Assembly: GCF_004365815.1 (NCBI RefSeq)
Contig: NZ_SODD01000018.1
Coordinates: 9,589 to 41,588, forward strand
DNA: 32,000 bases
Reading direction: 5' to 3'
DNA from: Breznakia blatticola
Lineage (GTDB): Bacteria > Bacillota_I > Bacilli_A > Erysipelotrichales > Erysipelotrichaceae
The notes beneath the pieces were generated by a model. It was given only the letters and a program-made list of their open reading frames with translations. It searched no databases and was not told the DNA's origin. The position numbers and the translations under genes are program-made. Shown here piece by piece: positions 7,981 to 17,991 of the stretch; position 1 is the stretch's first letter, and every line of letters begins with the position of its first letter.

Positions 7981-8345
7981 TGATTCTGAAAATTGTGGTC
8001 AAATGAGTAGCGTCACGATTGTTATGATATATAATTATAGCGGAATGGAAATTCCATGTGTGATGTTTATAACCAAATGATTGTATTTAGATTTATCTAG
8101 TCATCTAGATTCAATCACCCCTACTACTTATACCTTTGCATAAATATGCAACAATTGACTAGATACTTGGACGTTTTCGTTCATTCTCTCTTTGCAAATA
8201 ACTTTACATATTGTATATAGTTATTTGCCTAGCAACATCATCGTTGCAAAAGGACTATTGATATATATCAATGGTCTTTTTTACACTTAAATCACCTATA
8301 ATGTAAATTGTTACATATATGAAATGTAACTTTTTCATATTTTTG

Positions 8346-8373
8346 TTGACATCTGTTTTCATTTTGATAAAAT
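8346..8373 (+). promoter_or_regulatory. Strong sigma-A promoter with extended -10 (TTGACA-16-TGaTAAAAT) for the T-box leader
   Basis: TTGACA at 8346-8351, TG at 8365-8366, TAAAAT at 8368-8373. Confidence 0.7.
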
Positions 8374-8379
8374 AACACC

Positions 8380-8633
8380 ATCAACATTGATTAGGACGAG
8401 TACCTTATGAAACTGTGAATAGAGAGTCAAGGATAGTGGAAGCTTGATGATAAGTCATAAGAGAAAAACACCTAGGAGTTGCTAATGCGATATGTAGTGT
8501 TAGCCGATTGCTTCACGTTAAAGAAGCTTAATAATGATAGTTATTAAAAGTGATCATACAACGGCGTATGGTAACATAGGGTGGTACCGCGGAACTACAG
8601 TCTTTCGTCCCTTGTGGGAGAAGACTGTTTTTT
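8380..8633 (+). promoter_or_regulatory. T-box riboswitch leader (predicted Asn specifier AAC) with terminator/antiterminator
   Basis: AG-bulge AGAGAG (about 8421-8427). Stem I helix TTATGA (8405-8410) pairs with TCATAA (8455-8460). Specifier-loop GAGAAAAACA holds AAC (8467-8469) followed by A, just before the lower helix CCTA. Conserved T-box sequence GGGTGGTACCGCG (8578-8590). Terminator hairpin CAGTCTT..TCCC-ttgt-GGGA..AAGACTG (8598-8627) plus a T-run (8628-8633). Confidence 0.85.
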
Positions 8634-8650
8634 ATTAGGAGGTACTACTT

Positions 8651-10228
8651 ATGTGCGGAATATTATTCGCAAGTGATCTACATGTATCACAAAAAGCATT
8701 TCGAAAAGGATTTGAAAAAATCGCGTATCGCGGACCGGATATGTCAAGAATAGAAACAACAGAACTTGGTGTATTTGGGTTTCATCGTCTAGCCATTGTT
8801 GGTTTGGATGCAAATGGTATGCAGCCATTTTCACACAACGGAATTACCGTTATGTGCAATGGTGAATTATATGGATACCAAGAAATGAAAAAAGCATTTC
8901 CTGCGTATACATTTACCAGTTCAAGTGATTGTGAGTTATTGATTCCTCTATATGAAACATATGGGGTTGAACTATTCCAAATGCTTGATGCAGAATTTGC
9001 CTGCGTGATTACCGATGAAAACACAAACAGTATTATTGCTGCTCGTGATCCATTTGGGATTCGTGGTATGTTTTATGGCTATGACAAGACCAGCAAGAAA
9101 ATCGCCTTTGCTAGTGAAGCAAAAGCATTGATGGATATGTGTGATACGATTTATCCATTCCCACCTGGTCATTACTATAAGGATGGTGTCTTCACAAGAT
9201 ACTACGATGTAAGTCAAGCAAGTCGGTATATTGATACAGATACCAAAACGATATGCAAACAAATCCATGATGACCTTGTTCAAGCAGTCCACAAACGCAT
9301 GGTTGCTGATGCACCAGTTGGCTATTTACTAAGCGGTGGACTGGATTCGAGTTTGGTTTGTAGTATCGCAGCTAAACAATCTAGTAAACCCATTACAACA
9401 TTCTCTATTGGAATGGCTAGTGATGCAATCGATCTTAAATATGCAAAACAAGTTGCTACATATTTAAAAAGCGACCATCATGAAGTGGTCATCGACAAGC
9501 AAGATGTCATTGATGCTCTTCCAGAAGTCATTCGCATTTTAGAAACTTGGGACATTACAACAATACGAGCATCCATTGGTATGTATCTATTGTGTAAATG
9601 GATTCATGAAAATAGCGATATAAAAGTTTTGTTTACTGGAGAAATCGCTGATGAACTGCTAGGATATAAATATACCGACTATGCACCTAACGCAATTGAG
9701 TTTCAAAAAGAAGCACAAAAGCGTGTGCGTGAATTATATATGTATGATGTCTTACGTGCAGACCGTTGTATAACAAGCAATTCACTTGAAGGAAGAGTTC
9801 CTTTTGGTGATTTGAAATTCGCGGATACAATTATGTCAATTGCACCAGAGAAAAAAGTAAATACTTACAACATGGGTAAATATTTATTACGAAACGCATT
9901 TGTTGATGGATATCTTCCTGAACGTATCCTCTTTCGTGACAAAGCTGCATTTTCTGATGCAGTCGGTCATTCATTAGTTGATATAATCAAGGAATATACA
10001 GAATCATTGTATACAGATGAAGAAATGGAACGCAGATGTTCTTTATATACACACTGCCCTCCATATACAAAAGAAAGTTTATATTACCGCGAAGTGTTTG
10101 ATACACACTACAAAGGACACGACATTATGATTAAGGACTATTGGCTACCTAACCAACATTGGGAAGGATGTGCCACAAAAGAACCAAGTGCACGTGTACT
10201 GTCTAACTACGGAAAAAGTGGTGAATAA
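8651..10228 (+). CDS. asnB: Asparagine synthetase (glutamine-hydrolysing)
   Basis: 525 aa. N-terminal MCGI (Cys2 nucleophile of class-II amidotransferases). PP-loop SGGLDSS. SD AGGAGG at 8637-8642. Confidence 0.93.
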   Translation: MCGILFASDLHVSQKAFRKGFEKIAYRGPDMSRIETTELGVFGFHRLAIVGLDANGMQPFSHNGITVMCNGELYGYQEMKKAFPAYTFTSSSDCELLIPLYETYGVELFQMLDAEFACVITDENTNSIIAARDPFGIRGMFYGYDKTSKKIAFASEAKALMDMCDTIYPFPPGHYYKDGVFTRYYDVSQASRYIDTDTKTICKQIHDDLVQAVHKRMVADAPVGYLLSGGLDSSLVCSIAAKQSSKPITTFSIGMASDAIDLKYAKQVATYLKSDHHEVVIDKQDVIDALPEVIRILETWDITTIRASIGMYLLCKWIHENSDIKVLFTGEIADELLGYKYTDYAPNAIEFQKEAQKRVRELYMYDVLRADRCITSNSLEGRVPFGDLKFADTIMSIAPEKKVNTYNMGKYLLRNAFVDGYLPERILFRDKAAFSDAVGHSLVDIIKEYTESLYTDEEMERRCSLYTHCPPYTKESLYYREVFDTHYKGHDIMIKDYWLPNQHWEGCATKEPSARVLSNYGKSGE

Positions 10229-10258
10229 TCACCGTGATTTCATATACGATACTAGTAA

Positions 10259-11614
<1,356 letters not shown>

Positions 11615-11621
11615 TATACAA

Positions 11622-11660
11622 AAAGGATTTTACAATCATTATTTGATCGTAAAATCCTTT
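11622..11660. terminator. Bidirectional intrinsic terminator (gdhA / GH4 gene)
   Basis: AAAGGATTTTA (11622-11632) pairs with TAAAATCCTTT (11650-11660). A T-run follows and an A-run precedes. Confidence 0.8.
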
Positions 11661-11665
11661 TTCTT

Positions 11666-13051
11666 TTATTTACTTATCGGTGTATGTTGTACCCCGTTTT
11701 TTTCTAATTCAGCAATTTTGTCTGCGAATTGTGGTAAGTGTTTTTTATGTGCAACTAATAGTTCATTCATTACCATGTCTGCTTTTTCTCCAGACTCGAT
11801 TAATGGATTAATTGTGAATGCTTGTTTCAATGTTTCATAGTTTCCTGTGATTGCTGCTTCAATCGTACATTCTTCCATTGCTTTCATAATTTGTAGCATT
11901 CCTCTTTGTGCACTCTTGAAACTTCCCCACACAATTGGTTCTGCTCCATGACTTGTAATATAGCTTGATACCTCTGCAATACTATCGTATGGTAAATCCG
12001 CAATCGCTCCTTTGTTTTGTGTACTTACAACCATAACTTTACGTTTGTCGTTCACAATGGATGCAATTACTTCACATGCTGCATCACTATAGAAGGTTCC
12101 TCCACGTTCACTTAGTTCTTTTGGTTTGTAATCTAAGTTTGGATCTTTGTATAGTTCAAACAAACGATCTTCGGTTGCTTTTACTAGTTGAGCACGTGTG
12201 TTGTTTTCTTTGTATTCTTCTAATTCTAAATCTAGCATCGTTTGTGTTAAATAGTAATAACGGTGGTACATACATGGTAATAATCCTTCATGTTTTACCA
12301 AGTCGTAATCAAAAGGCATTTGTGGAATGTTTTTTACACCTTCTGGCATATCTTCAGGAGCGATATCTTTTCCATATTGTTGGTCAATGATTTTATCTGT
12401 GATTTCTTGTCCTTGTTTATTCCAAACACGGTGCCAGTGGAAGTGGTTCAATCCTGCAAACTTGAAGTATAATTCATCACTGAATGGTTCTAATCCTTCA
12501 AATGCATTTGCGATGTTTTGATGAACGATAGGCACATTACATAATCCAATCGTTCTTGTCCATCCAAAATGTTTGATAGCAGCTTCTGTAACCATTCCTG
12601 ATGGATTGGTAAAGTTTACTAACCAAGCATTCGGACATAATTCTTTCATATCCTCAATAATTGATTTAATGATTGGAATGGTACGTAAAGCTTTGAACAT
12701 TCCTCCAGCTCCATTTGTCTCTTGACCCATCATTCCGTATTTTAATGGAATGGTTTCATCTTTGATTCTTGCATCAAGTAATCCTACACGAAATTGTGTT
12801 GTTACGAAATCTGCATCTTTTAATGCAGCTCTACGATCCAAAGTTAAATGTACTTCCCAATCAAGGTTAGCAGCTTTGATCATACGTTTTGCCATCGCTC
12901 CAACGATTTCTAGCTTTTCTTTTCCTTCTTCGATATCCACAAGCCAGATTTCTTTAATATCTAACTCATCTTTACGTTTAATAAATCCTTCAAATAATTC
13001 TGGTGTGTAGCTACTACCTCCACCAATTGTTGCAATTTTAAGTCTTCCCAT
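11666..13051 (-). CDS. celF: Glycoside hydrolase family 4, 6-phospho-beta-glucosidase (CelF/ChbF/LicH-like)
   Basis: 461 aa. N-terminus KIATIGGGSSYTPELFEGFIKR closely recalls E. coli ChbF/CelF (VVTIGGGSSYTPELLEGFIKR). SD GAGGAGG upstream. Confidence 0.88.
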   Translation of the reverse strand: MGRLKIATIGGGSSYTPELFEGFIKRKDELDIKEIWLVDIEEGKEKLEIVGAMAKRMIKAANLDWEVHLTLDRRAALKDADFVTTQFRVGLLDARIKDETIPLKYGMMGQETNGAGGMFKALRTIPIIKSIIEDMKELCPNAWLVNFTNPSGMVTEAAIKHFGWTRTIGLCNVPIVHQNIANAFEGLEPFSDELYFKFAGLNHFHWHRVWNKQGQEITDKIIDQQYGKDIAPEDMPEGVKNIPQMPFDYDLVKHEGLLPCMYHRYYYLTQTMLDLELEEYKENNTRAQLVKATEDRLFELYKDPNLDYKPKELSERGGTFYSDAACEVIASIVNDKRKVMVVSTQNKGAIADLPYDSIAEVSSYITSHGAEPIVWGSFKSAQRGMLQIMKAMEECTIEAAITGNYETLKQAFTINPLIESGEKADMVMNELLVAHKKHLPQFADKIAELEKNGVQHTPISK

Positions 13052-13116
13052 AGTTCCTCCTCATTCATATTTTCAAAAGATAAGGAAACAGCATGCGCTA
13101 TTTCCCTGTTTTCGTA

Positions 13117-15000
13117 TTACACAAGTGCGTCAAATAATAGCTCTTGTTTTGCGACTTTATCTGCTTTTACTAAGTTTATATTTTTATATGCATTTGTATT
13201 TGTAATAACAATTGGTGAAACAAGTGTATACCCTGCTTCTTCGATTGCTTTCATATCAAACTCTAATAAAAGATCTCCTTGTTTTACTGCATCTCCTTGT
13301 TTTACAAATGCTTCAAAGTGTTTTCCATCTAATTCTACAGTGTCAATTCCAACGTGAATTAATAATTCCATTCCATTATCTGAAACGATACCAATGGCAT
13401 GTTTTGTTGGGAATAATGTTGCAATTGTTCCATCGAATGGTGCATATACTTTTCCTTCTTCAGGCATAATGACAACTCCATTACCTAGCGATTCAAATGC
13501 TGGATCACTAATTTCATTTAATTGAAGAACACTACCGGCAATAGGGCTAATAACTTTTTCATTTTTTACGCTCTTTGTTTCTGGTTCTTGTGCGACAACT
13601 GTATCATCTTTCCAGAAGAAGAATGTTAAGACAAATCCGATAATCATCGATACAGCGATTGCTAATAGTACCACATACATGTACCATGGTGATCCAGTTG
13701 TTGGGTTAATGAAACGAACAACTCCAAAGATTCCCATTCCACCCATGTTGTATGCTTCTACATTCATTACTGCAATGATGACACCACCAATACTTGCAGC
13801 AATCATAGAGTAAATAAATGGTTTTTTCTTAGGTAAAGTAATCCCGTAAATTGCTGGTTCTGTAATTCCACAAATACCTGAAATAACTGCTGGAATACAT
13901 AAGTCTTTCAATTTCTTATCTTTTAATTTGAAGTACATTGCAGCAACAACCGCAGTTTGTGCAAAACTAGCAGCAAACATACTAACGATAATTGTTGTTA
14001 CTCCTGTATCTCCTAATTGAATTAGTGCTAATGGAATTAGTGCCCAGTGTAATCCAAAGATAACTAGTACTTGCCATACAAATCCAATAACTGCTCCATA
14101 AATAATTGGTGAGAATGCTAACAAGTTCATAAATGCATCACCAAGTGCATTTGTTAATAAGACGATGATTGGACCAATAACTAATAATCCAATTGGTAAT
14201 GAAACAAGTAATGTAAAGAATGGCACAAAGAAGTTTTGAATGATTTCTGGAATGAATCGTTTTCCTAAGTTTTGTACTTTACTTGCTAATGCAACAACAA
14301 CAATTACAGGCACAACACTACTTGTGTAGTTATTTGCCATAAATGGAATTCCTACAAAGTCTAAGAAATAATCATTTTGAAACATTGATCCTGTAAATAA
14401 TTGACCAATAGGTTCTCCTGCTTTTAATGTGTTTGCTTGAATTGCAGGATAACATAAGGTTGCCCCAATAATCATACCGACAATTGGATGTAAACCAAAT
14501 TTCTTACTTGCACTATATCCAATAATAATTGGCATGAAATAGAATAATGAATCCCCAATTGCATTTAAGATAATATACGTTCCACTTGTATTTGTGTATA
14601 ATTCAAAAAACAATAATAATGAGTTTAATCCTTTGATCATCCCTACTGCACATAATGGTGCAATAATTGGTTGGAAACAACCACTGATGATATCGATTAG
14701 TTTATTGAAAATCCCTTTTGTTTCGGTTTGTGTGTCTGTACTGTCTCCATCTAGACCTGCAAACCTTACAACATCTGCATATACATTTCCTACATGGTTA
14801 CCAATAACTACTTGATATTGACCACCACTTTTGATCAAACGAACAACCCCATCCATGTTCTCAAATGCTTGATCATTTGCTTTACTTTCATCTTTCAACT
14901 TAAAACGAAGACGCGTAATACAGTGCGTTAATGCATTGATATTTTCTGCACCTCCGACTTCTTTTACAATCCTTTTGGCTAATACTTCATACTTTCCCAT
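13117..15000 (-). CDS. PTS beta-glucoside-family EIIBCA component
   Basis: EIIB motif CITRLRF, multi-TM EIIC, and an EIIA C-terminus (HVGIDTVELDGKHFE). I place the start at ATG 15000 because GAGGAGG lies 6 nt upstream. The track's TTG at 15015 sits inside that SD. Confidence 0.9.
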   Translation of the reverse strand: MGKYEVLAKRIVKEVGGAENINALTHCITRLRFKLKDESKANDQAFENMDGVVRLIKSGGQYQVVIGNHVGNVYADVVRFAGLDGDSTDTQTETKGIFNKLIDIISGCFQPIIAPLCAVGMIKGLNSLLLFFELYTNTSGTYIILNAIGDSLFYFMPIIIGYSASKKFGLHPIVGMIIGATLCYPAIQANTLKAGEPIGQLFTGSMFQNDYFLDFVGIPFMANNYTSSVVPVIVVVALASKVQNLGKRFIPEIIQNFFVPFFTLLVSLPIGLLVIGPIIVLLTNALGDAFMNLLAFSPIIYGAVIGFVWQVLVIFGLHWALIPLALIQLGDTGVTTIIVSMFAASFAQTAVVAAMYFKLKDKKLKDLCIPAVISGICGITEPAIYGITLPKKKPFIYSMIAASIGGVIIAVMNVEAYNMGGMGIFGVVRFINPTTGSPWYMYVVLLAIAVSMIIGFVLTFFFWKDDTVVAQEPETKSVKNEKVISPIAGSVLQLNEISDPAFESLGNGVVIMPEEGKVYAPFDGTIATLFPTKHAIGIVSDNGMELLIHVGIDTVELDGKHFEAFVKQGDAVKQGDLLLEFDMKAIEEAGYTLVSPIVITNTNAYKNINLVKADKVAKQELLFDALV

Positions 15001-15066
15001 TTTTGACCTCCTCAATGAATCAGAATCTGTATTTAATTATGTAATATAATTATACACCACTACTTT

Positions 15067-15080
15067 TGTAAACGCTTACT
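15067..15080. promoter_or_regulatory. cre site (CcpA catabolite-responsive element) in the PTS/GH4 operon promoter region
   Basis: TGTAAACGCTTACT matches 13 of 14 positions of the consensus TGWAANCGNTNWCA. It overlaps a TTTACA -35-like hexamer on the minus strand. Confidence 0.6.
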
Positions 15081-15120
15081 TGAAGCACGACATTTTTGTC
15101 TACTTACTTCTTGCCTTCAT

Positions 15121-15156
15121 TTTACTTTCAATCATTTGATATGTATAATAGTTATA
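15121..15156 (+). promoter_or_regulatory. Candidate lysR promoter (TTTACT-17-TATAAT with TG) overlapping a T-N11-A dyad
   Basis: -35 TTTACT at 15121-15126, TG at 15142-15143, TATAAT at 15144-15149. The dyad TATAA-tag-TTATA spans 15144-15156. Confidence 0.45.
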
Positions 15157-15201
15157 AATAAGTTTTTAATAGATTTTATCTATGATAGGAGTATGTACCA
15201 T

Positions 15202-16116
15202 ATGAACTTAAATCAATTCCAATATGTAGCAAAATTAGCAGAAACAAAAAACTATACAAAAGCTGCAGAATTATTGTATATTACACAACCTACCCTTTCC
15301 CAACAAATTAAGAAATTAGAAGATGAGTTAGGTGTAAAATTATTCAATCGTAAGAAAAAACAAGAAGTCACACTAACAAAAGCAGGTGTTGAATTTCTTT
15401 ACTATGCAAATAAAATACAAATTGAATTGTCTCGAATGAAAGTTGCACTAGGCACACACAAAGCAGATTATGAAGGAAAACTGCATATTGGATTAGTCAA
15501 TGCTTTTGGACATGGCGAACTCTATCGACACATGATGAAATATTCGGAAAGTTCACCTAATGTGAAAGTTGATTTTCATATTGATAATAGTCCTGAACTT
15601 ATTCGCAAAATGGTAAAAGGGGATTTAGATATTATCTTTATTACAACCAATTTCTTTGATCGTATTGTTACTGATGATTTGGCACTGGCTTCTATTTATT
15701 CAAGTAATATAGCTGTTGCTGTAAATAAAGATCACACCCTGGCAAACTTAAAAGAAATACATCCTTCCGATTTGCACTTACAAAATGTCTTATTGGTTTC
15801 GAATAAGTCCAGTGTATACAATCAAATTACTACATCATTTAAAGATGCGAATGCCAAACCAAATATCATTGGTGAAAGTTCACAAGAGGATGTCATCAAA
15901 GATGTTGCTGCTTCTGGTATGGGAATTGGTTTTCTAACCGACTCCTATAATGATGAATTACAAGACAGTGCAATCAAACTGATTCCATATGTGCCTACGA
16001 TTGAACGTACAGTTAATATATGCACACTTAAAGAATCATTAAAATCAAAGCTCATTGCAGATTTTTATCAATACACCATTGATGCCTTTGAAATTAACAA
16101 AGCACTAGAAGACTAA
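15202..16116 (+). CDS. LysR-family transcriptional regulator
   Basis: The N-terminal HTH MNLNQFQYVAKLAETKNYTKAAELLYITQPTLSQQIKKLEDELG is classic LysR. I prefer the start at ATG 15202 (AGGAG at 15187-15191, 10-nt spacing) over the track's 15136. Confidence 0.85.
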   Translation: MNLNQFQYVAKLAETKNYTKAAELLYITQPTLSQQIKKLEDELGVKLFNRKKKQEVTLTKAGVEFLYYANKIQIELSRMKVALGTHKADYEGKLHIGLVNAFGHGELYRHMMKYSESSPNVKVDFHIDNSPELIRKMVKGDLDIIFITTNFFDRIVTDDLALASIYSSNIAVAVNKDHTLANLKEIHPSDLHLQNVLLVSNKSSVYNQITTSFKDANAKPNIIGESSQEDVIKDVAASGMGIGFLTDSYNDELQDSAIKLIPYVPTIERTVNICTLKESLKSKLIADFYQYTIDAFEINKALED

Positions 16117-16148
16117 AAAAGTTAGCTCAATATTCCGAGCTAACTTTT
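16117..16148. terminator. Bidirectional intrinsic terminator (lysR / permease)
   Basis: AAAAGTTAGCTC (16117-16128), loop aatattcc, GAGCTAACTTTT (16137-16148). Perfect 10-bp core stem. Confidence 0.85.
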
Positions 16149-17591
16149 TTATACGATTACATGTAATGCTAATGGATAGGCAACCGTAATAGTCACAAGC
16201 ACAGCAACAATACAAACAAACACCCCTAGCCGTAGCAGATCTTTCTTTATAACCCATCCCGAGCCATGTGCTTCAGCAACATATGGCATCGATGAAGGAA
16301 AGGTAAAGCCTAATGATGATGCAAATGCCGTGATTGCAACAATCGCCGAAAGATGTACAGAGTTATTTGTACTTAGCATTTGAATAGCAACCGATGTTGT
16401 TAGTTGTGCTGTAAGTAAGTGTGCTGTAAAGTTTGATTGAATGCTTCCCCATATGACAAAAATAGCCACAATGATTAATGGAGAAACAACGGATAAATCA
16501 GGCAAAACACTTTCTCGTAAGAATACGGGAATTCCAATATTATCATTTACAAGAGCTACAGCTAAACAATTTGCCGATGCAGACATAAATAAGGTATTCC
16601 ATGAAATGCCATTTGCCATTCCTTGCTGCAAGTTAAGAAGTGGCTTATCATCAATACGCACAACACATAAAATAACCGTTCCAAACATTGGTGGTAACGC
16701 TGTTCCTAATTTACTTAGTTGTCCACCTATTTCCGGGAAAAATGGACTGATCATACTTGGTAGGACCCATAACAACACAACGCTAAAAAATACAGTAATG
16801 ATAATTTTCTCACGAACTGAGAATGTTGTGCTTGTATTTTCAAATAATTCATCTTTATTTAATTCTGGAATCTCGATTGTTTTTGGCTTGTAGATGATAT
16901 TTAATGCAATCAGCATGACAATAAAGATCAATATACCTGTTGGAATTGCAAACATCATATATCCCACATAGTTAATCACATGACCTGTAAGTGTTTCATA
17001 AATTGATAAAGCAGCTACAGGAAATGCATGTGATATTGGTGTCATACCTGAAGCTAAACTCACACTACCCACAACCCCGATAAGTAGCATTGATGAAAAT
17101 GCATCACCTTTTTTTAAACCAAGCATCTTGTAGATGTTTTTCACTAATGGATACATGGTAAAGAAAAGTACCGATGGTGAAATAAAACAACCAAGTACCA
17201 GTACCGATAAAAACAAAGTGGTAGATAAACTAACTGCACCCTTTCTTGCAAGTTTTAGTGATAAAAACCACTTCGATACTCTTGGTATAAAACTGGTTTG
17301 GGTAAGTGCATATGTACACAAAAAGGTAAACATCAAAAATACAAATGATGAGGAACCAAAGGATGTGGCTAGTGCTCCTTTTAAACCGACGGAAGGTAAT
17401 AAACCGATACATGCGATACATAACAAACTTGGCCAATCAAAACCAATAAATAACCACAATACCAAAATACAAACAAAGATCCCAATTGTGAAGTTTGCTT
17501 CTTGTGATAACGAACCAATTAATGGTACATTTGCTGATACAAACAACCCAATAAATGCTAATATACTAACTACTAATTTTCTATTTTTCAT
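16149..17591 (-). CDS. Ion-transporter-superfamily permease, SLC13/DASS-like (putative anion/carboxylate:Na+ symporter)
   Basis: 480 aa, more than 10 TM segments. The overall pattern resembles DASS/ArsB-NhaD-type permeases. The assignment rests on general resemblance only. Confidence 0.6.
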   Translation of the reverse strand: MKNRKLVVSILAFIGLFVSANVPLIGSLSQEANFTIGIFVCILVLWLFIGFDWPSLLCIACIGLLPSVGLKGALATSFGSSSFVFLMFTFLCTYALTQTSFIPRVSKWFLSLKLARKGAVSLSTTLFLSVLVLGCFISPSVLFFTMYPLVKNIYKMLGLKKGDAFSSMLLIGVVGSVSLASGMTPISHAFPVAALSIYETLTGHVINYVGYMMFAIPTGILIFIVMLIALNIIYKPKTIEIPELNKDELFENTSTTFSVREKIIITVFFSVVLLWVLPSMISPFFPEIGGQLSKLGTALPPMFGTVILCVVRIDDKPLLNLQQGMANGISWNTLFMSASANCLAVALVNDNIGIPVFLRESVLPDLSVVSPLIIVAIFVIWGSIQSNFTAHLLTAQLTTSVAIQMLSTNNSVHLSAIVAITAFASSLGFTFPSSMPYVAEAHGSGWVIKKDLLRLGVFVCIVAVLVTITVAYPLALHVIV

Positions 17592-17641
17592 ATTCCACCA
17601 CTTTTCTTATGTAGTTATATTTTATGGATAAGCAGCACATT

Positions 17642-17656
17642 TGTATAATAGTTATA
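17642..17656. promoter_or_regulatory. Second copy of the 15-mer TGTATAATAGTTATA (extended -10 plus T-N11-A dyad), 50-65 nt upstream of the permease ATG
   Basis: Identical to 15142-15156. Read directly. Confidence 0.5.
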
Positions 17657-17721
17657 TATTTGTTTATTATAGACATCATCAATAATAAATACAGTTATCA
17701 TATTCACCTTGAATAGAAACG

Positions 17722-17753
17722 AAAAAGAGTCAATCTATCGACCGACTCTTTTT
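17722..17753. terminator. Orphan intrinsic-terminator-like hairpin in the gene-free spacer
   Basis: AAAAAGAGTC (17722-17731), 12-nt loop, GACTCTTTTT (17744-17753). A/T runs flank both sides, so it could act on either strand. Confidence 0.5.
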
Positions 17754-17951
17754 CTATGTTTTCTTTCCTTGTTGCTTCAGTTATATGAAGCATATCCTGT
17801 TCTTCGTTTTACACCCTATTTCTATTAACTCTTGTTAATAAAAATAACCTATTCCTTGTATAACAAACATCTAAGTGCAACTAGCGAATTATATCCTTTT
17901 GCATAGACTATCGTTTACATTGCCAACTAATCGTATATTTTTTCTTTTTAT

Positions 17952-17991
17952 TGGTCAAATCCTTTGACCATAAACATAGCTGAAATATATA
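17952..17991 (+). promoter_or_regulatory. Orphan promoter-like element: palindrome TGGTCAAA-tcc-TTTGACCA, then 16 nt, then TATATA
   Basis: TGGTCAAA at 17952-17959, TTGACC at 17964-17969 (near-consensus -35), 16-nt spacer, TATATA at 17986-17991. No credible ORF lies downstream. Confidence 0.4.

Noticed and set aside
7980-7994. CodY-box-like sequence GTGATTCTGAAAATT
   Set aside because: Only 11 of 15 positions match AATTTTCWGAAAATT, with the whole left arm divergent. That is not enough to call without a genome-wide model.
8045-8057. Palindrome ATGGAA-A-TTCCAT in the long spacer
   Set aside because: A single short palindrome with no second copy and no positional relation to a promoter. It could be chance in AT-rich DNA.
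8296-8345. Possible GlnR/TnrA site upstream of asnB-gdhA
   Set aside because: I looked for TGTNA-N7-TNACA. The TGTAA/TTACA repeats present have 4-nt or 9-nt spacing, which does not fit the 17-bp consensus.
13052-13116. GGAAA...TTTCC hairpin between the PTS and GH4 genes as a terminator
   Set aside because: The stem is short and weak, and only a modest T-run follows. It is more likely an intercistronic structure within one operon.
15136-15201. N-terminal extensions in the track models (LysR 15136, PTS 15015, infC 22908, kinase 23216, ABC ATPase 30291, VanZ 31312)
   Set aside because: In each case a strong SD or the upstream gene's stop lies inside the extension. The family-typical N-terminus begins at the downstream start that I used.
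16441-17631. Antisense ORFs 16441-16893 and 17134-17631 (+) and 17230-17436 (-)
   Set aside because: They lie antisense to or out of frame with the permease gene. No SD and no recognisable motifs.
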